Source of the DNA: Candidatus Latescibacterota bacterium
Lineage (GTDB): Bacteria; Latescibacterota; UBA2968; GCA-2709665
Assembly (NCBI GenBank): GCA_965116875.1
Contig: OZ220733.1
Span: 3,200,001 to 3,264,000 of the forward strand
DNA: 64,000 nt
Direction of reading: 5' to 3'
In this document: positions 60,100-64,000 of the stretch, piece by piece
Layout of the letters: every line of letters begins with the position of its first letter
Numbering within the stretch: position 1 is the stretch's first letter
Made by a program: the position numbers and the translations under genes
The notes under the pieces: model-generated
What the model was told of the DNA's origin: nothing
Databases searched by the model: none
The model's input: only the letters and a program-made list of their open reading frames with translations

Positions 60100-61116
60100 T
60101 CAAAAGATCTTGCCGATTTCGTCCCGGTCGAATTCGGGTAGGTCGCGGACGGTATCGTTTACGCGAAGCTTGAGCCCGAATTCGGGTGATTCCGCACGGG
60201 CGACAATCTCGCAGGGGATGCCCGCGGTCAGGATGGCGTCGCGGACCCGCCCTGCGTCCGCCGGCGCCAGGCCGATCAACAGCGCGCCGGAGGAGATGAC
60301 ACCAAGCGGATCGAGTTTAAACGCATCGCAGAGGAGGCGCGTTTCATCCGAGGCGAACAACGCTTCCGAGTCCACGGAGAGGCCGCAGTCCGAAGCGGCG
60401 GCCAGTTCCCGAAGCGCAGTGGCAACGCCGCCTTCGGTGGGGTCGTGCATCGCGCGCACGGTCGCGGTTTCGCAGGCGATGCGCGCCTCCTCGAGGATAC
60501 TGATCCCGGGAACGTGCAGGTATTCGCGTGCCGTATTCAGGAGGGCGGGATCGAACCCACGGTCGTGCAGTTCGGTTTCTTTCTCTCTGGCAAGAATGGC
60601 CGTGGCTTCGATCCCCAGCCCCTTTGTCAGCAGAATACTGTCGCCCGCCTGCAGTCCGCTGGACCGCACAAGGCGCTCCCGTGAGACTTCGCCCAGCATC
60701 TGCCCGACGACGATCGGACGGTCCAGACCGGCAGTGATTTCGGTGTGGCCGCCGCACAGGGATACGCCGATTTCACCCGCGGCGCGCCCGAGCGAGTCGA
60801 AGATGCTCCGGACCAGCGTTTCTGTCGTCCCGCCTTCCGGCAGGAGGAGGGTGGCCAGAAACCAGCGGGGAACGGCCCCCATCGTCGCGATGTCGTTTGC
60901 GTTGACGTGGACCGCGTAGCGGCCGATTTCGTCCGTGGCGAAGGTGATGGGGTCGGTCTTGGCCACCAGGCAGGTCCCGCCAAAGTCGATAACGGCGGCG
61001 TCCTCGCCCACCTTCGGCCCCACAAGGATGCGGTCGTCGTCTTCGGCGGTACACTCGCGCAGCAGGCCCGAAAGCATGTCCAGCGGGAGTTTTCCGGGTG
61101 GCAGGAAGGCGCACAT
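60100..61116 (-). CDS. AIR synthase family protein (HypE/PurM-like)
   Basis: GEDAA, TDPIT, NANDIAT.G, GGHTE, MHDPTEGG. Confidence 0.88.
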   Translation of the reverse strand: MCAFLPPGKLPLDMLSGLLRECTAEDDDRILVGPKVGEDAAVIDFGGTCLVAKTDPITFATDEIGRYAVHVNANDIATMGAVPRWFLATLLLPEGGTTETLVRSIFDSLGRAAGEIGVSLCGGHTEITAGLDRPIVVGQMLGEVSRERLVRSSGLQAGDSILLTKGLGIEATAILAREKETELHDRGFDPALLNTAREYLHVPGISILEEARIACETATVRAMHDPTEGGVATALRELAAASDCGLSVDSEALFASDETRLLCDAFKLDPLGVISSGALLIGLAPADAGRVRDAILTAGIPCEIVARAESPEFGLKLRVNDTVRDLPEFDRDEIGKIF

Positions 61117-61298
61117 ATCCGTCAGTTTTATGAGATGAAAGGAATCAGGGGTACTCGCCCCTCCTGAAAATTACGATAGGCCAAATCCACGGGGATGTCA
61201 ACCGTTTTGGGCGCTCATGTCCCGATCCGGCGCCGGTGGGACCGCGCGCAGGCGGAACGGACGATTCGTTGCCGTGCGGCGGCCAACCGCGGGCGGGA

Positions 61299-62357
61299 TC
61301 AGGATGCGAAGCAGGACCGGAGTTCCGTCGTCCGGGGATCGTCGCAGAGGGATATCGAAAGGATGCGTCGCAGCTGTTCCAGGCGGGCTTCCGGGTTCCG
61401 CCACCTGTCCAGCAGCGGATGACGGGGATCCGGCAGGGCGTCGAGGAGAGATTGCGCGGCCAGGAGGTGGAAGACGAAATGGTGCCCGTCCAGCAGGGCC
61501 GCAATCTCCGCCTGCGGCTCTGTCCGGTATTCCGATGCAAGCGCGGCATAACGCGTGACCAGTGCAGGCGTCAGCGCGCTGTAAGTCCCGCCGTCCGGTC
61601 GTCCGGCGCCATGGGAGGTTGTGTATTGAGTGAGCCGGCGTTCGGGCCAGTCCCAGCCGATCTTTGAGAATTCGATGAAACGGAGCGATCGCGCGGCCGG
61701 GTTGACGACGATGTTGCGGGCGTGATAGTCGGTTGGACCGGGAAGCGGCGCCGCCTGTTCGAGGAACAGAATAAGCTCGGAAAATGCGTCTGACATTGCA
61801 GCGATCCGTTTTTCATTCGCAGATCCTGAAAGCCGGCCGGCGATTCGCGGCACGTCCCTGGCGAGACTTCGGGTCGTTCGACGCCATGTTCGGCGCAGGT
61901 CCTGCGGGGTACACCCCGGGAACGTCCGCGCGGCGAAATCGTCGCCATGCGCGCGAAAGATGGACTGAATCCGGGAAAAGCCCTCGACGACAAGACGGCC
62001 TAAGGTTCCCGCGGCGCCCTCCTGGCAGACGTCGTCGAGGGTGTGGTCGCCGCACCATTCATAGAAAACCAGGTCGTGTTCGATATCGGCGGCAACGAGC
62101 CTGGGGACGGGCGCACCGCACAGACTTGCGTGCACAAGCTGTTCAACGGCCAGCAGGTCGTGAGGCTCGCCGCGTGTCAGGGGAGCGAAAACGTGTTGCT
62201 TGGCAACGAGGTATGAGCTGTCACGGAGGGCGACTTTCCAGACGTTCGGGTGACCTGGGATGGTCCGGATATGTAAAACCGCGGATCCGCCGCAAACGGC
62301 GGTGGGAGCGATCCGCCTGATGGCCTCGATCGTCGGTTCGGAGGAACGCGCGCACAT
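61299..62357 (-). CDS. APH/choline-kinase-fold phosphotransferase-like protein
   Basis: VP.LVA.D, TDYHARNIV and FIEFS variant motifs. Confidence 0.6.
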   Translation of the reverse strand: MCARSSEPTIEAIRRIAPTAVCGGSAVLHIRTIPGHPNVWKVALRDSSYLVAKQHVFAPLTRGEPHDLLAVEQLVHASLCGAPVPRLVAADIEHDLVFYEWCGDHTLDDVCQEGAAGTLGRLVVEGFSRIQSIFRAHGDDFAARTFPGCTPQDLRRTWRRTTRSLARDVPRIAGRLSGSANEKRIAAMSDAFSELILFLEQAAPLPGPTDYHARNIVVNPAARSLRFIEFSKIGWDWPERRLTQYTTSHGAGRPDGGTYSALTPALVTRYAALASEYRTEPQAEIAALLDGHHFVFHLLAAQSLLDALPDPRHPLLDRWRNPEARLEQLRRILSISLCDDPRTTELRSCFAS

Positions 62358-62374
62358 GGAAGGTGGAGACAGTC

Positions 62375-63646
62375 TTATCTCTGTCGAATATGGCGTTTTC
62401 GCAGCGTCAGGAATTCCGGGGCTTCCCGAATACAGGAGACAAGGATGCGGAGGGAACGCCGGAATGCATTAAATCCGGTCCGACGGATCTCGGCGGCGGC
62501 ATCGCCCACGTTGGCAAAGCCGTCTTCCGTTGGGACGAGTCGTTCCCAGTTCCGGAAGAGCCTGCCCCAGTCGCTTTCCAGAACGTCCCGCATTCGTTTT
62601 CCGGCCAGAAACGGATACCAGAAGGTGTCGTGGTAGAGGACGCTGGCCAGGTAGGACCACGGCGCAAGGAATGTCTTGAGCGACCACTCCACGGGCTTCT
62701 TGAGCGGTCCCCAATAGATCTTGTGCTGCATCCGGGATGCAAACGTCATTTTGCGGAAGGGCCCCGCAAACTGCCAGTTTTCTTCGGCCGCGGCGGTATC
62801 TCCCAGAATCCGGATCCCTCGCGGGTCGCCGCAGCCCAGGCCCCTGTCGTGTGCGAGACGGATGTATTTGATCGAAAGCGGGTCCATCCCCATCATGCTG
62901 GCGGCGACCGCATCGATTGCGACCTGGTCCGCGCTGGCAAGGATGACGTTTTTGGTATAGGGTATCATGCATCGGGGTCCGGGCCCGTCCCCGGCGAACG
63001 TGCCGTCCATCACCGCGAATACGCCGGGATGGATTTTCTTCTGGATCATCAGCAGGTCCACGAGGGTCTCGTGAATAACCGGATGGGTCCAGTGTCGGCG
63101 TTCGTTCAGGAGGCCGCCGAAGGCGTTTTTCATGGCGCCGGTTGTGGTGGTAAAGACGTGGGTCTTTACGGTGGGCAGGTGGACGATGTTCTCACCGATC
63201 AGACGCCGGGGAATGTGGAATCCGTCGGGGTAGACCTGGTTCAGGCACATGAAACCGTCTGCAAGATCTCCCACCGCGTCCCGTATGTGGATCCATTCTT
63301 CGCCTTCGTAGAGGTGGATATTCCGCAGGCCGTGGGCGTTCACAACGTGGACCTGCTTGTTTTCCCGTTCGCCCAGCCGGGCGTCGATGACCACCGTCCG
63401 GTTGTGGCAGGCGTGTATGAGGTCCTTGCGATAGCCGTCCCTTTCCATGGCGCGGATCACGCCTTCAAGCTGCCAGGGGGTCGTGGAACTGCCCGGGTAG
63501 AAAAAATGCCATGAAATATTGACTTTCAGGGCGGTGTCGAGCTTTCTGTCCAGGACGTCCTGGTACCCCGCCAGGTTCAGGAGCCTGTGGTAGTCCTTCA
63601 AGACTGTTTCAGGTCTGGTTTTCAGAACGGCGACCCGGCTCTGCAT
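62375..63646 (-). CDS. DUF362 domain protein
   Basis: LKVNISW, TTPWQLEGVI, LPTVKTH...TGAMKN.FG, D.VAID. Confidence 0.85.
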   Translation of the reverse strand: MQSRVAVLKTRPETVLKDYHRLLNLAGYQDVLDRKLDTALKVNISWHFFYPGSSTTPWQLEGVIRAMERDGYRKDLIHACHNRTVVIDARLGERENKQVHVVNAHGLRNIHLYEGEEWIHIRDAVGDLADGFMCLNQVYPDGFHIPRRLIGENIVHLPTVKTHVFTTTTGAMKNAFGGLLNERRHWTHPVIHETLVDLLMIQKKIHPGVFAVMDGTFAGDGPGPRCMIPYTKNVILASADQVAIDAVAASMMGMDPLSIKYIRLAHDRGLGCGDPRGIRILGDTAAAEENWQFAGPFRKMTFASRMQHKIYWGPLKKPVEWSLKTFLAPWSYLASVLYHDTFWYPFLAGKRMRDVLESDWGRLFRNWERLVPTEDGFANVGDAAAEIRRTGFNAFRRSLRILVSCIREAPEFLTLRKRHIRQR

Positions 63647-63792
63647 AACAGGCGCTTTCGTGCGGTTTGGGAATCGGGATCTCTCCCCCCGGACCCTCGG
63701 AAGCGGGTAGACGGGAGACGGTAGAGGAACTCACCCCGCCCCACCACCTGGTGAGAAGGAAGACGGGAGAGGGGAGGAGAAAAAGCCAAAAA

Positions 63793-63949
63793 GCGGGGAG
63801 ACGGGAGAGGGTAGACGGAAGAAGGGATCTTTGCCAATTCGTTTTCCCTCAATGCCTCCGGCGAAAAATTGAAATCCAGCGAGGCGGGTCATCTCTAACC
63901 TCTTACGTCTACCGTCTACCCGATTTTTTCACCTCTCCCGTCTCCCCGC
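63793..63949 (-). repeat. Element family A, copy 3 (reverse orientation); extra heptamer runs at ~63700-63780
   Basis: Perfect 18-bp inverted arms at 63793-63810 and 63932-63949; core TGCCTCCGGC at 63853-63862. Confidence 0.8.
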
Positions 63950-64000
63950 ATTCAGGCTCTTTGTGATCAATTTGACTGTGGTTTTTTTCGAATTGAAGCT

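Overview
GC-rich bacterial chromosomal window holding about 50 genes. Housekeeping genes: lon, rsgA, two lolC/E-type permeases, mutY, aroC, mtnA, rsfS, carA, pyrC. There are many catabolic enzymes (Gfo/Idh/MocA oxidoreductases, enolase-superfamily enzymes, sulfatase, peptidases, PhoX, a heparinase-like lyase). Accessory content includes two tandem single-chain MNT-HEPN genes, a 1739-aa exonuclease-RecQ-UvrD double helicase and several decayed toxin-antitoxin loci. Features the ORF track misses: (1) a SelW/Rdx selenoprotein with an in-frame UGA and a SECIS-like hairpin, whose predicted leader carries a 7 x 45-bp repeat; (2) a 54-aa membrane protein; (3) a sigma54-type promoter upstream of lon; (4) at least four families of small non-coding intergenic elements, including a 23-bp REP-like unit inserted into copies of itself at the same base at two loci. 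No rRNA, tRNA, CRISPR array or transposase was recognised. All family calls come from motif recognition by eye, with no database searches.
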